64,000 bases of DNA from a virus (IMGVR_UViG_2681812962_000001:27407-91406), one strand, 5' to 3'. Numbered from the stretch's first letter, positions 29,118-39,939 are shown. Translations and numbers: made by a program. Notes: a model not told the origin generated them from the sequence alone.

Positions 29118-29713
29118 TTAGGAGCAGACTGAAGAACGAATTTAGTATTGAAGTTTATTCCAGAGGAGGGCAACGTTCTTTGTGAGCATTAAATTTGTAT
29201 ATTAATATATAAAATAAAATTACATATTTATTTATATTTGTTAAGTTGTAAATAGAAAAAAGACGATAAATTAACAAATGATTTAGCTTGCTTGGAGTAA
29301 AAAAACACCTCACCCCTTGATATATAAATTCTGTCAGCATAGACGATTCAATCTAATGCAAGCCATAATGGCAAGTTTGCCAATAGAATGGTTAGCCAGT
29401 ATAACGAACAACATTATAAAACAACTTTGTATGTAGAATTTAGATAATGCAGGTCAGTACACTTTTTTAGTTAAAATGAACCTGAAGGAAAACTTGAAGA
29501 GCGATCGGTTTTTAAACTTTGAAGATGTTTATGAATAAGAGTATAAGTTAATTTAATTCACTTATATATAATTAATTTGTATACTAATTAAAAGGCACAT
29601 TTTATCTCAAAAACCTAGATAAATTTGGGTCTTTTAGTTGTGTTCTAAAATCACATATGATAAGATTTATTCAAATAAAATAAAATGAATGGAAATATGA
29701 GTGGAGGGGTATA

Positions 29714-29881
29714 ATGTTAACAGAGATCTTTGATTATTATAAGAGAAACATTCGTCGGTTGAATGAAAAACAATTGAAGAAAACTTTGCATGATATCAAT
29801 AAAACTCAACGATTGCTGCATGTGGGAATCAATGAATTAAAAGTGAAACAGAAGGAAGAAATGAGGTGTCTAAATGGGTGA
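29714..29881 (+). CDS. 55 aa protein heading the repressor operon (missed by the ORF track)
   Basis: SD GGAGGGG, MLTEIFDYYKRNIRRLNEKQLKKTLHDINKTQRLLHVGINELKVKQKEEMRCLNG, overlaps the next start. Confidence 0.6.
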   Translation: MLTEIFDYYKRNIRRLNEKQLKKTLHDINKTQRLLHVGINELKVKQKEEMRCLNG

Positions 29882-30894
29882 TTCTATAATAAAATTTCCG
29901 AGCACTTCACTTCAAGAAGATATCTACATATATCTAGAAGAATTGCAAAATCACTCACCTAATACTCGAGAAAGTTATGAGAGGGATATCAGAGAGTTTT
30001 TCTTTTTTAAACCAGTTGAAAAAAAATTAGAACATGTATATGAAAACGATATGAAACAAATTAGAAAAACTGATTTATTAAGTTATAGAAACTATCTCTC
30101 TACAATAAAGAATAATAGCAATAAAACTATAAATATTAAGATCTATTAAAAGTTTCTTTCGTTTCTTTGCTTCAGAGTTTAATCTTAACCTATCTATTTT
30201 TGATTTCAGACAATTAACTGAACCAACTGATAGAACATATGATCCAATTAGTATTACTGAAGTTGACTTATTTACAGATGCTGCATTAAGATTTGAACTT
30301 CACAACGCTAGATCTAAATGTAATCTATTGAAATTTGCAGCCAGAACCTCTTTAAGGCTTTCTGAGTGTCTAAACATCTTAAAAAGAGACTTGGTGGTAT
30401 GTAAGGACTATGTAAAAGTAAAAGCATTACAAAAAGGAAAGAAAGAATTTGAAACAGCAATCTCTATTGATTTTTATCGAGAGTTATTAGAGAGTGGACT
30501 AAAAAATTTGTCGGATAATGATAAAGTCTTTGGTGAACTAAAAGCAAGAACAATTGAGACTATGATTCAAAGGTTAAAAAAGCACATAGGATTTTCTGAG
30601 GATCGTAATATAGTGTTTCATAGTTTTAGGGGAGTAGCAATAAATTATGAGTACGATGTCTCAGGGGATATTAAGAAGGCTATGCTACAAGGCAATCATA
30701 GTAATTCTGTAACTACTTTCAAATATTATCTTGATAAACAGAGAGACCTTTCAAATGCACCAGGCGTTAAAATGGATAAAGAAGAAAATAGAGAATTCTT
30801 AAAAGAACTCTCCAAAGAAGACTATATGAATTTTTTTGAGAATGTTAAAATAGATACATTAAATGAATTAAAAAGATATTTGAAGAATAGATAA
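29874..30894 (+). pseudogene. yopP: YopP/SroD-like integrase-fold protein, frameshifted near 30140
   Basis: The N-terminal SAM-like half (SPNTRESYERDIREFF) stops at 30149; the +1 frame continues SIKSFFRFF... through TSLRLSE, HSFR, GNHS and TTFKYY. Confidence 0.75.
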
Positions 30895-30908
30895 AAAGGA
30901 ATGATTTC

Positions 30909-32237
30909 ATGGTACAATTACTCACAGAAGAATCGGTTTCGACATTAACCGACAAATTAATCGAGACAATTGACTCTTTAAGACACGAAAAGAAATTTAC
31001 AAGTAACATTAAACAATTTTTAGCAACTAATTACAGCTTGTCTCCAGGACAGGTGCAAGGAATTATTAATGATACTTCTAAAATAAAAGGACTTAACTCC
31101 CCAGAACTCTATGTGTATGCTGAAGCAGTCTACAACTTTACTGAAAAGGAGGAAGTAGATCCTGATAAATATTATCCAACGAGAATGGCAAAAGAGATAG
31201 CTACAGAATTTAAGGGAGAAACAGAGGAAACTGTTTCATTTCCGTATGTATTTGAAGGTATTGAACAAGTTGCTGAGGACGACTTTATTGGTACTATAAA
31301 AGCCTCTGAAATTAAAAAGCTAATGGATAGTCAACTTATACAATATAACTTTGATACTCAAAGAGAGGCACGACTAAGAAAAAACAGCAAGACAGAAGAA
31401 ATAATCCCAATTCCTAAAGTCAATGAATCAAGTGTGAATGAAATAGTTAATCTAATTAAGAATGATGATTTAATTTCTTCAATGCTTACTTTTAATGCGC
31501 GCTTAGGATCTGGAGACACTCCTGGAGAAGAAATAATATATAATTCAGATGATCGGACTTTAACGATAAATCCTGGTACACTGTTTGACTGTATGGATGG
31601 ATTTCACCGGGTCTCCGGAATTGTAACTGCATTACTACAATATCCTGATAAGGACATGATCTTTAAGATAAACATTCTAAACTTTACAGTGGAGAAAGCT
31701 CGAGCATACTTTGCACAAATGAATACGGTTAATCCAGTATCAAAAGCACAGATTGAGCGTTTTGCTAAAAAGAATTATTCTACATTTGTTGTAGAACAAT
31801 TAGAGTACTCAAGTGAACTTAAGAGTAGAGTTTCAACTTCTCATGGTATGAATAGTAAAGCAGTAGTAACCTTTAATACGTTAACGGCAGCAATAGATGA
31901 AAATTGGTCACTAAAAAATAAGTTTGAAGCTATTCAACTAAGTAAATATCTTGGAGAGTTTATAAATAACTTGTTCTATGCATATCCAGAGGAATTTCTA
32001 GGAGATAGTAAAACATCTCGGCCATATTTAACTATGAATAATATGTTTTTCGGTTATATGAAATTGGCTAAAAGGATGCAGGAGAATAATGTTAGTCTAA
32101 TGAATTTAAATAGCATTTTAGATAAGATAGATTTTTCAAAAGATAGTAAAGACTTTACAAGCACTAAGGGAAAAGGTGCTAAACAACAGTTGGATATTAT
32201 AAGGAATGTGTTTAGTGATATTAGTGTTACAATTTAG
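30909..32237 (+). CDS. yopQ: YopQ/SroE-like repressor (DndB/ParB-like DGxHR domain)
   Basis: CMDGFHR, YFAQMN; located between two integrase-fold genes. Confidence 0.75.
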   Translation: MVQLLTEESVSTLTDKLIETIDSLRHEKKFTSNIKQFLATNYSLSPGQVQGIINDTSKIKGLNSPELYVYAEAVYNFTEKEEVDPDKYYPTRMAKEIATEFKGETEETVSFPYVFEGIEQVAEDDFIGTIKASEIKKLMDSQLIQYNFDTQREARLRKNSKTEEIIPIPKVNESSVNEIVNLIKNDDLISSMLTFNARLGSGDTPGEEIIYNSDDRTLTINPGTLFDCMDGFHRVSGIVTALLQYPDKDMIFKINILNFTVEKARAYFAQMNTVNPVSKAQIERFAKKNYSTFVVEQLEYSSELKSRVSTSHGMNSKAVVTFNTLTAAIDENWSLKNKFEAIQLSKYLGEFINNLFYAYPEEFLGDSKTSRPYLTMNNMFFGYMKLAKRMQENNVSLMNLNSILDKIDFSKDSKDFTSTKGKGAKQQLDIIRNVFSDISVTI

Positions 32238-32248
32238 GAGGAAATCTT

Positions 32249-33232
32249 ATGGCTAAGCTGTACAATAATGAAATGAAAGAGGCTTTCTTAAGACATTTAG
32301 AAAAAACCCATAATGAAGAAACAGCTAAAGTTTATATGTATTCTTTAAAGAGAGCAAAGGAAATGGAAGAGTTTTTAAATAAAGATCTTTCAACATTTAC
32401 AGAGAAACAAATTTTAGAAGTAATAATGGCTGGGGATCATGCTAGTGAAACTGCAGCTAGAAGTGTATTAACTCATTTAAGAAGTTATATTAATTGGGCA
32501 ATTGTAAATGGCTTAACCTCTTCTAATATTAATATGGCGGATAGAATTACAACAGATCATTTAAAAACAGCGATTGGGCACAATAAGAAGTTCCATATAA
32601 CCGAAAAGGATTTAATCGAGCTAGAAAACAACCTTGTTAACGCGCAAGATAAGGTGGTTGTTCGACTTATATTTGAAGGTGTATTTGGTAAACAATTTGC
32701 AGAGATAAGAAATTTGAAAAAAGATGATATAGATACAACAAATAATAGTATATTGTTAACTGATTTGAAAAATGAACAGAGGAATCTTAAAGTTAGTAGT
32801 ACATGTATTAAGGTAATTAAAGATGCTTTAGATCAAGAGAATTATGAATACAATAACGGTAAGTCTACAACATCAGTAAAAGATGCACCACTATTAGATA
32901 ACGGATTTGTAATAAGACAGAAATTGGCCGGAAGAAACCGAGAAGGCTCAAATGAACCTATACCTAGTTTTCATATATATCGTATTTTTGATGTGTTAAA
33001 AACAGTAACTAACAACCCATATCTAGATCCAAACAAAGTGAGACAATCTGGACAGCTTTATTGTGGATATAAACACCTAATGGATGGCGGCACTTTAGAC
33101 AATGACTTTTATGATAAATTATCAGATCGGTTCAATATATCAAAAAGACAAAATTTCCATAAGTTAAAAAATGAGGTTAATGAAGAGTCAATTAATAGTT
33201 TATATAGCATTAAAGAAAACCATCCAAGCTAA
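32249..33232 (+). CDS. yopR: YopR/MrpR/SroF-like master repressor (degenerate tyrosine recombinase fold)
   Basis: LYNNEMKEAFL..., NAQDKVVVRLIFEGV, EIRNLKKDDID, KVRQSG; canonical R-HxxR-Y set not intact. Confidence 0.8.
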   Translation: MAKLYNNEMKEAFLRHLEKTHNEETAKVYMYSLKRAKEMEEFLNKDLSTFTEKQILEVIMAGDHASETAARSVLTHLRSYINWAIVNGLTSSNINMADRITTDHLKTAIGHNKKFHITEKDLIELENNLVNAQDKVVVRLIFEGVFGKQFAEIRNLKKDDIDTTNNSILLTDLKNEQRNLKVSSTCIKVIKDALDQENYEYNNGKSTTSVKDAPLLDNGFVIRQKLAGRNREGSNEPIPSFHIYRIFDVLKTVTNNPYLDPNKVRQSGQLYCGYKHLMDGGTLDNDFYDKLSDRFNISKRQNFHKLKNEVNEESINSLYSIKENHPS

Positions 33233-33248
33233 GAAGGGTGGTTTTTTG
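33217..33248 (+). terminator. Intrinsic terminator of the repressor operon
   Basis: AAACCATCC...GGGTGGTTTTTT. Confidence 0.55.
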
Positions 33249-33448
33249 CTGGAGTTAGTAAAATAAAATACAAAAAAATGTGGTAACCCGGGATATCTTA
33301 TAGTAAAATGGTAGCAAATCAACTTAAATATGTAAAAAGAATGCCCTTACAGAAGATGCGGAATTCACATTTAGTAAAAAGGTAGTAATCCATTTAGATC
33401 GCTGTGCATTGCAGTGCAGGGAGAAGCCATCTCCCTGCACTGCGGAGG

Positions 33449-33565
33449 TTATTCTTTATCAACCCACTCAATAGATCGTCGTCTACGCGGCAATTTAGCG
33501 CAAAGGCGATTTAACGGGCTGTAGCAATGTTCATTGATGGTATCTGCCCGGTTACATAGTTAAGC
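33449..33565 (-). pseudogene. Remnant of a YopS-like XRE HTH gene
   Basis: Minus strand LNYVTGQIPSMNIATAR*IAFALNCRVDD, then a frameshift to EWVDKE*; position matches yopS. Confidence 0.5.
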
Positions 33566-33778
33566 CTATATCTTCCAAAATCTAGCTAATTCAAATAATG
33601 ACCCTTTCATGATATTGTCAACGGACAGTCTCATCGTGTTAAATTGCTTGCATGTCAGCTGGGTAATGATACCTATTATTAGTCCTATAAACGTTCTGCT
33701 TATAGGCAATACATTACATAAATTTGCATATTTGCTGGAAAAATGCACGAACACAATGTATAATTAAAAGAACAAAAG

Positions 33779-33792
33779 CGAACATTTGTTCT
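33779..33792. promoter_or_regulatory. Bacillus LexA (DinR) SOS box
   Basis: CGAACATTTGTTCT (GAAC-N4-GTTC) downstream of TG-TATAAT, upstream of the 33838 ORF. Confidence 0.7.
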
Positions 33793-33837
33793 TATTTAAA
33801 TTAAAATGGCAAATTTTATTCTTAGGAGAGAGATAAC

Positions 33838-34083
33838 TTGAGTAAAAAAATAGCGCAGGTAAGCCTTACAGTCAATGTAACAGTTCTAGTAGATGTAGAA
33901 CAGGATCCAGCAGACACCGAAGAACAGCTCAGAGAGGCTGCAATTGAAGCTCAAGATGATCTCTATGTTACTCAAGATGGGGAACGCAAAAAGTTAAGAA
34001 TTGAAGGCATACACGTTGATGATGCTTACGTACTTGAAGATGAAGAAATAACTGGATCATACATAGAAGATCTTGAAAGGTAA
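33838..34083 (+). CDS. Small acidic protein, probably SOS-inducible (yopT position)
   Basis: SD AGGAG, TTG start, LexA box upstream, terminator at 34087-34119. Confidence 0.6.
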   Translation: MSKKIAQVSLTVNVTVLVDVEQDPADTEEQLREAAIEAQDDLYVTQDGERKKLRIEGIHVDDAYVLEDEEITGSYIEDLER

Positions 34084-34479
34084 AATAAAAAAAGAGGCTA
34101 ATTATTAGCTTCTTTTTTTATTTTACTTGTCGATAATTTGATGGAAAAAGAACAAATTATATCAAATTTATTTGGCGCTTATAGAGAGGAATGATTAGAA
34201 ATGAGCTACGTTGAAGGGCATAAAATAACAAGCAATAAACAATAGTAGCCAGACTATACTGAAATAACCCTGATTAAAGAAGCTAAAGCTGTGTACTGCT
34301 CTTTTTAACACAAACAATAGCTTAGTAAATGAATGCTGATGGAGTATTTTTGATTAACAATATTGATAAAAAGTGAATTTTATCGCATAGATCATTAGCA
34401 TATTTTTTAATACCGTTATGCTAATCCACCTCATTATTTTTACCACGCATACACTATTATTAGGAAAGAGGTGGAAAAT

Positions 34480-34921
34480 ATGAATAGAGGAAACCCATTT
34501 AAGCGGAGAAGGTATTGGAGAGAACAGAAAGACTGTCCATGCCCTGTGGCCCATTGTGAAGCAAGTGAGTGTGAAGAGCGAAGAGAAGCATTTTCTTCTG
34601 GAGGAACTTATATTGCAGACAATCCTAGTATAGGACTTGTTGAATATTATAAGCGAACTGACTAGCTTTTATAAATGCAAAATGTGTACAGAGATACCTG
34701 GATTTTCACTGGCAACAGTAGATCAGTTAGCCATAGCTGCTGGGGATTTTTTGACTAATGGAGAACCTTTATGTCCAATGTTAATTTGGGCGCAACGTAA
34801 TGGTATGCCTGTACTCGTACGTGTTGATCCATCAAGCTCTAGTCCAATAGTTGAAATTAACGAGAAGATTTCCCACAAATGTTTAGCTTACAGTGTGTGT
34901 TCTAGAGTACTTGTGCCATAG
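34480..34921 (+). pseudogene. Cys-rich protein paralog 1, +1 frameshift near 34637
   Basis: The two ORF halves together align with paralog 2 (RGNPFK..CPCPV..C..; CTEIPG; LCPMLIW..NG.P.LV; C.AY.VC). Confidence 0.6.
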
Positions 34922-35162
34922 TCAGCCGTGAATAATCGGCTAACTTAATCCGAGTGAACAAAGTAGAACAAAATAAGTAAATTAAAAAAGGAAAATATCG
35001 CCTTAGTTTTTTGTACCATGAATATATTTCAATAAAGTTGAAGTTAGGCTCTTTCGTTCAAGGGTCTAACGGTTAATTAGCACACATTCTTTGATATCAT
35101 TATGAAGTCAACTTCCATAATGGGAACCACTCATAAATAGTAATGAGGAAAGAGGTGAGAAA

Positions 35163-35599
35163 ATGACTCGAGGAAATCCCTTTAAACAAAGAAGATATCT
35201 GAGAGAACAGAAAGGCTGTCCGTGCCCTGTAACCCCTTGCGAATCACTTGAGTGTGAAGAGCCTCGGGATGATTTTGAATCTGAAAATCCACACTTTTGG
35301 CAAAATCCTGATCCATTAGGAGTTAACTTAAACTTTTATTTTGTTAATGAGTTGTCAGGATTTGAACCATGTACAGAACTTCCTGGGTATGACCGCCCGT
35401 GCTTTCAGAGATAATCCAAATTAGTTCATCATTTCAAGTTGATGGTTGCTTCTTATGTCCTATGCTGGTATGGATTACGAACAATGGCATCCCAACTCTA
35501 GTGTTATTATCTCCTGATAGCAATAGCCCCGTTAGAATATTAGCTACACCTTCCTTAACTTGTCGTGCTTATAAAGTATGTGTTCGACCTGTTTTATAA
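35163..35599 (+). pseudogene. Cys-rich protein paralog 2, -1 frameshift near 35398
   Basis: Same motifs as paralog 1, broken at a different position. Confidence 0.6.
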
Positions 35600-35699
35600 C
35601 ACGCCAATGCTTACCGGCTTGTCTACATATATATAAGTAAAACTATCTTTTTATTTGTAGGAGGAGCAAGACATAGAAGGCAATAGATATAGGAAACTT

Positions 35700-36305
35700 A
35701 AAGGGAAAGTCTTTTCTCACAGCGTATTTCTCCCAAGCAATCCTAAATACTCGTGTAGTTTTAAGTCACTGTCCCCATCATGCCACTCAGATATTCTATA
35801 GTAAACATTATCGTTAGTGAGTTTCATACTTACAATCTTTTCTTGATCAATGTAGATTCTAATTGGTATTCTTACGTCTTTTAATACTTCTAGAATCGTT
35901 TACCTTTCCCCAGTCGAACAAATCCACTTCTTTTGCTTGTTCACTATTAATAGATCGTACGCTACCATCTTCTTTCAGTATCTGGTACGATATTATTGTT
36001 TTGAATACATTCTCTTCTCTTAATATGTACGGATATATCTTTCCAGTTTTGTTTTCAACAACATATCCTTGAAATTCGTTAAACCTAGGATGCTCTTTAA
36101 AAATAATTGTTGGATTGCTTTTAGAGCGAAACCAATTTAGTAGCTTATTTTAAGTAAGTACGCTACGATAGCAAGTACTATAGCTGTAACAAGTCCACCT
36201 ACAGCACTTACTATAATCTGATCAAGTAAAGTGAGCTTTGTTTTTATTAGATAAGATAGCATTATAATTATCCCTTCTATAATGGTGTTGCTACTAATAT
36301 AACAT
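35700..36305 (-). pseudogene. Degraded membrane-anchored protein gene
   Basis: Hydrophobic fragment (DQIIVSAVGGLVTAIVLAIVAYLL) and a long start-less frame (NKLLNWFRSKSNPTIIFKEHPRF...) separated by shifts and stops. Confidence 0.35.
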
Positions 36306-37178
36306 TAAGCCTCTCTTCCTTCTTGGTAAAGATAAATTCTGAAAGGAAGGCAGGATTTTTATACCCAAATATCAAAGAATCTTTTCAGCCGTGGACTTAT
36401 ACGATTGAGTTGCCAGGCGCTACTATGACCAATGACACGCTCTGGCATTCCTATGCAATAGATTCAGGAAAAAAGGTTTTGAACTTTATTAGAGAGTAAA
36501 AAAGAGCGACTATTTTAGTCGCTCTAGTTGTTTTTGTGGTTTTCTGAATTGTTCTTCGAACATATCTCTAAAACTTTAAGAAGATATTGACATAAACATA
36601 TAAGTAAAATAAAATAATAATTATATAAAAATAGAGGTGATAGAGTGAATTTAGAGGAACTGGATAACATCTTAGACATGGAAACCGATATAGAGAAACT
36701 TAGAAAAGTGGATAAATCACTACATAGTTAAGCAAGCGATTAAGTTAGAGAAAAAGATAGTCTCAAGACTGTGAACTGCAGGCAGAATGGATATCACGGA
36801 TGGGAGATATATGCTTCAGGTTACATAAAAGAATATCAAGGGGCAAGCTTCTTCAAAATTAAACAGATAAATAAAAGATTTGTTTTATAAGAAAGACGAT
36901 TGAAATTTTTTAAAAGTATTAATAAGATGACATTGCCTAAAAGATTCAGAGCATCATCATATTAAAGACGTGATTATGGAGGAGAAAATAAAATGAAAAA
37001 CCCAAGATGCCACTTAGTTCAAAAAGGTCTTTGTAATGGCAAATTTATAGCTGAAGCAAAAGAGGAGAAAGAACAGTTCTGTTTATGCAATTGTTAAAGA
37101 AATTAAGAAACAAATTAAGGGTGATAAAAGCACAAATATTAAATAAAACAAAATCAACTACCAAAAGGAGGCTGTTGT

Positions 37179-37484
37179 ATGAAGGATTATCAAAAGCATT
37201 ATAATGAGTTTTGGAAACAGATTATTGAGGACTCAAACGGCAATGTCAGAATGGATCAACTAATGCGAGAGCTCTCAGAGTACAGCGACATAATGAAAAA
37301 TGCTACATATGTTTACTCTAGCCTTACGCCGGTAAGCAAGTTCAACACTGATCCAACATACATAGTAAATTACGTTAATGACACCATGATACATAGAGAG
37401 ATGGCAGCAGATGATCTTGAAGAAATGACAGATGAAAACGGGATGGTATCCTTGGAAGACATACAGCAATATTTGAGTACATAA
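37179..37484 (+). CDS. Hypothetical phage protein
   Basis: 101 aa, SD AAGGAGG. Confidence 0.75.
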   Translation: MKDYQKHYNEFWKQIIEDSNGNVRMDQLMRELSEYSDIMKNATYVYSSLTPVSKFNTDPTYIVNYVNDTMIHREMAADDLEEMTDENGMVSLEDIQQYLST

Positions 37485-37521
37485 CAAGTAAAATAAAATA
37501 TAAGCAAATGAGGTAATAAGG

Positions 37522-37797
37522 GTGAATAATGTATTATTAGTATTTGTAACAGAAAGTGACCATCAAGCTTTCTTGGAGGAACGTGACTATAAATTGGATG
37601 AATTCCTCTATACTGGATCGATACAGAGGGGTGCTCGGTCAGTAAACATTAAAGGAGTATCAGCTTTTAACACAGTTGTTTTTATAAAAGAAAGCAAGCG
37701 GCCTATTGATTATCAGTGGTACGGGGAACAGATTGCTCAATTTGTTTCAGATCTAAGAGGATTAAAACTTACTAAAGATTCAACCGTTTTCGTTTAA
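37522..37797 (+). CDS. Hypothetical phage protein
   Basis: 91 aa, SD GAGGT plus GTG. Confidence 0.65.
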   Translation: MNNVLLVFVTESDHQAFLEERDYKLDEFLYTGSIQRGARSVNIKGVSAFNTVVFIKESKRPIDYQWYGEQIAQFVSDLRGLKLTKDSTVFV

Positions 37798-38389
37798 AAT
37801 TTAAATTTAATAAAGAAATAGGGAGATTTTATAAACATATTTTGCCTATTTATAGTATTGGCTGCGAAGAGTCATTTTAGAGACAGGGAAGCAGCTTCTT
37901 AGTAAAGATCGTTCTTTGGAAGGCGTAGCCCTAAAAGGCAGATTTAATCTATAGGCATGAAACTCGTACTCTATACTGGTTAAAGGTAATTAATTATCAA
38001 TATAAGACAGTCTTCATTACAAGAATACATAAGAACACTTTGGAATGCTGCACCATTTCAAGATGGCTCTCCTGCAGAAATATGGAATTTTTAGAAGCAA
38101 TCTGAAAAGAAGAAACTCTATGATGTATATAGGCAACATGTAGTAAAGAAACAAAAGGTTTTATCAAGATCCTCGACTTCAAGGAGTAGTTAGATATCGG
38201 AATTTAACTTGTAAGGGACATTATCGAATACTTTCGTTGAAAGTTGAATTGCAAAATCCCCATCAAGGGGATTTTTTTATTTGAATTCACAAAAAAAGGA
38301 CTTCCCTGTATTGTTAGAAAGCCCTATGATGCATTTCCCTTTAAAAATACCTTGTTTTGATTGAGGCTCCATAATAGACTAAGTTTAGA

Positions 38390-38965
38390 TTAAGCACGTT
38401 CCTTTTTTTTAATCTCTCTTGTAGCTTTCTGACTCACTATTTTCGATAGAGTGTAATTACTTCGGCTTCCTTTTACAGTCCTTCTACATGCAGGACATTG
38501 ACTTTTAAATCGGCCGAAAAATGTTCTCGTTTCAATCATTTCACTCTTACATTCAGTACATAATGGAGATGAAGAGACTTCCACTTCAAAATCTCTTCCA
38601 TTATAATCAGCATACAAATCGTATGACCAGACAAATCCGTGAAAATCAATTTCCCCTGTTCGATCTGGTCTTCTGGGTGATACGAAGCCATAAAAGCTAT
38701 ATTCATATTGCTTTTTATCCAATCTTTTCTTATTTAACTTAGCAATAGATTTTATTGACCAAGCTAAAAATAACAAAAAAAGAATAAATAATAAAATTTG
38801 AGTCTGAGTAGATGACAGATTAAAGAAACTAGATAAAGATTCATAATAAAGCGTTTGCTTACCTGTTGCCTGTTTTTGTATAAGAGAGATTAGATTAAGA
38901 ATAGTCACACAGGTAGGCAATAGAGTACTAAATATAAATGAGAAGATCTTAATTATAGTTTTCAT
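38390..38965 (-). CDS. Two-TM membrane protein with a C-terminal Zn ribbon (reverse-oriented moron)
   Basis: SD GGAGG plus ATG near 38965 (MKTIIKIFSF...), CTEC...CPAC. Confidence 0.65.
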   Translation of the reverse strand: MKTIIKIFSFIFSTLLPTCVTILNLISLIQKQATGKQTLYYESLSSFFNLSSTQTQILLFILFLLFLAWSIKSIAKLNKKRLDKKQYEYSFYGFVSPRRPDRTGEIDFHGFVWSYDLYADYNGRDFEVEVSSSPLCTECKSEMIETRTFFGRFKSQCPACRRTVKGSRSNYTLSKIVSQKATREIKKKERA

Positions 38966-39273
38966 GAAAAACCTCCATAAACATATCCTATTGTCTTTTA
39001 CATTATATGTACAAATTATAAGAGCGTAAACTAAAGATACCCTCATTCTGTAAGTTTTATAAGCGCAGCTCAGAAAAATATAGGGTAAAAGATAATACCT
39101 CCAAATTTAGAATGACTTCATTAACTTCCTAAGAAGTAATTTTAAAGACAAACAGAGGCTCCATCACTCTATTGATAAATCTCTCTCAATAAAAAGTTGA
39201 TTTTATTCTTAACTTTTGCCCTCAATTAGCCGATATATACCGAGCAATAATATTGAAAGTAGGTACTATTTAG

Positions 39274-39474
39274 ATGGCGAAGGTTACTTTTTATCGAGAT
39301 AAAGACACAGGTAAGATGGTGAAGGTTACAAAAACGCAAGGAAACGAAGTCAGAGAAACAGTATCAGAAAAGCATTACGATAACTGGGAAGGTATGCGAG
39401 GATGTGCAGGTTGTCTTGGTTTCTTTTTAGTTTTAGGTTTTCTATTATGGTTTGGGGCTAACATTCTATCTTAA
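39274..39474 (+). CDS. Small protein with a C-terminal TM helix
   Basis: 66 aa, GCAGCLGFFLVLGFLLWF. Confidence 0.6.
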   Translation: MAKVTFYRDKDTGKMVKVTKTQGNEVRETVSEKHYDNWEGMRGCAGCLGFFLVLGFLLWFGANILS

Positions 39475-39597
39475 CCAAAGCCAGTATGAAATTCATATTG
39501 GCAAAAAACAAATAAAAATTAATCATAAAATAAACTTTACAAGTAAAATAAAATTATGTACTATGTAATAGTAGTGAAGCAAAGGAGGTGAAAAAAA

Positions 39598-39906
39598 GTG
39601 ATTGAGATCATGAAGTTGAACGACAAGGCTTATACAACATATAAGCAAACAGTAAGAGGTAATCGAACCATTACCAAAAGTGAAGCAGCTAAAAAGCTAA
39701 CGCGAAATGTCATTCTAGCTAGGGAATACTTTCCTGAGCTGATAAAGAAGAACGTTTTAGGAATTACATATGTCTATGGAAATCTACATATTAAAGTAAG
39801 AGGTAAAACAATTGTAAGCATTGAAAATTACAAAGGCGGTTGTAATCATATAGATATACCAGGAAGTAGAAGAAGAGAATTATCAATACAACTTGGAATT
39901 TGGTAA
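39598..39906 (+). CDS. First gene of the replication operon (YorE position)
   Basis: SD AAGGAGGTG; promoter TTTACA-17-TACTAT at 39536-39564. Confidence 0.7.
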   Translation: MIEIMKLNDKAYTTYKQTVRGNRTITKSEAAKKLTRNVILAREYFPELIKKNVLGITYVYGNLHIKVRGKTIVSIENYKGGCNHIDIPGSRRRELSIQLGIW

Positions 39907-39939
39907 ATGAAATAAAATTAATAATATCGGAGGAAATAA

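Noticed and set aside
30909-32237. DndB-like protein suggesting a phosphorothioation system
   Set aside because: No dndCDE nearby; context identifies it as YopQ/SroE.
29874-33232. Integrase-fold genes as the prophage integrase
   Set aside because: They are about 30 kb from att and match the SPbeta repressor operon; the real integrase is expected at the other end.
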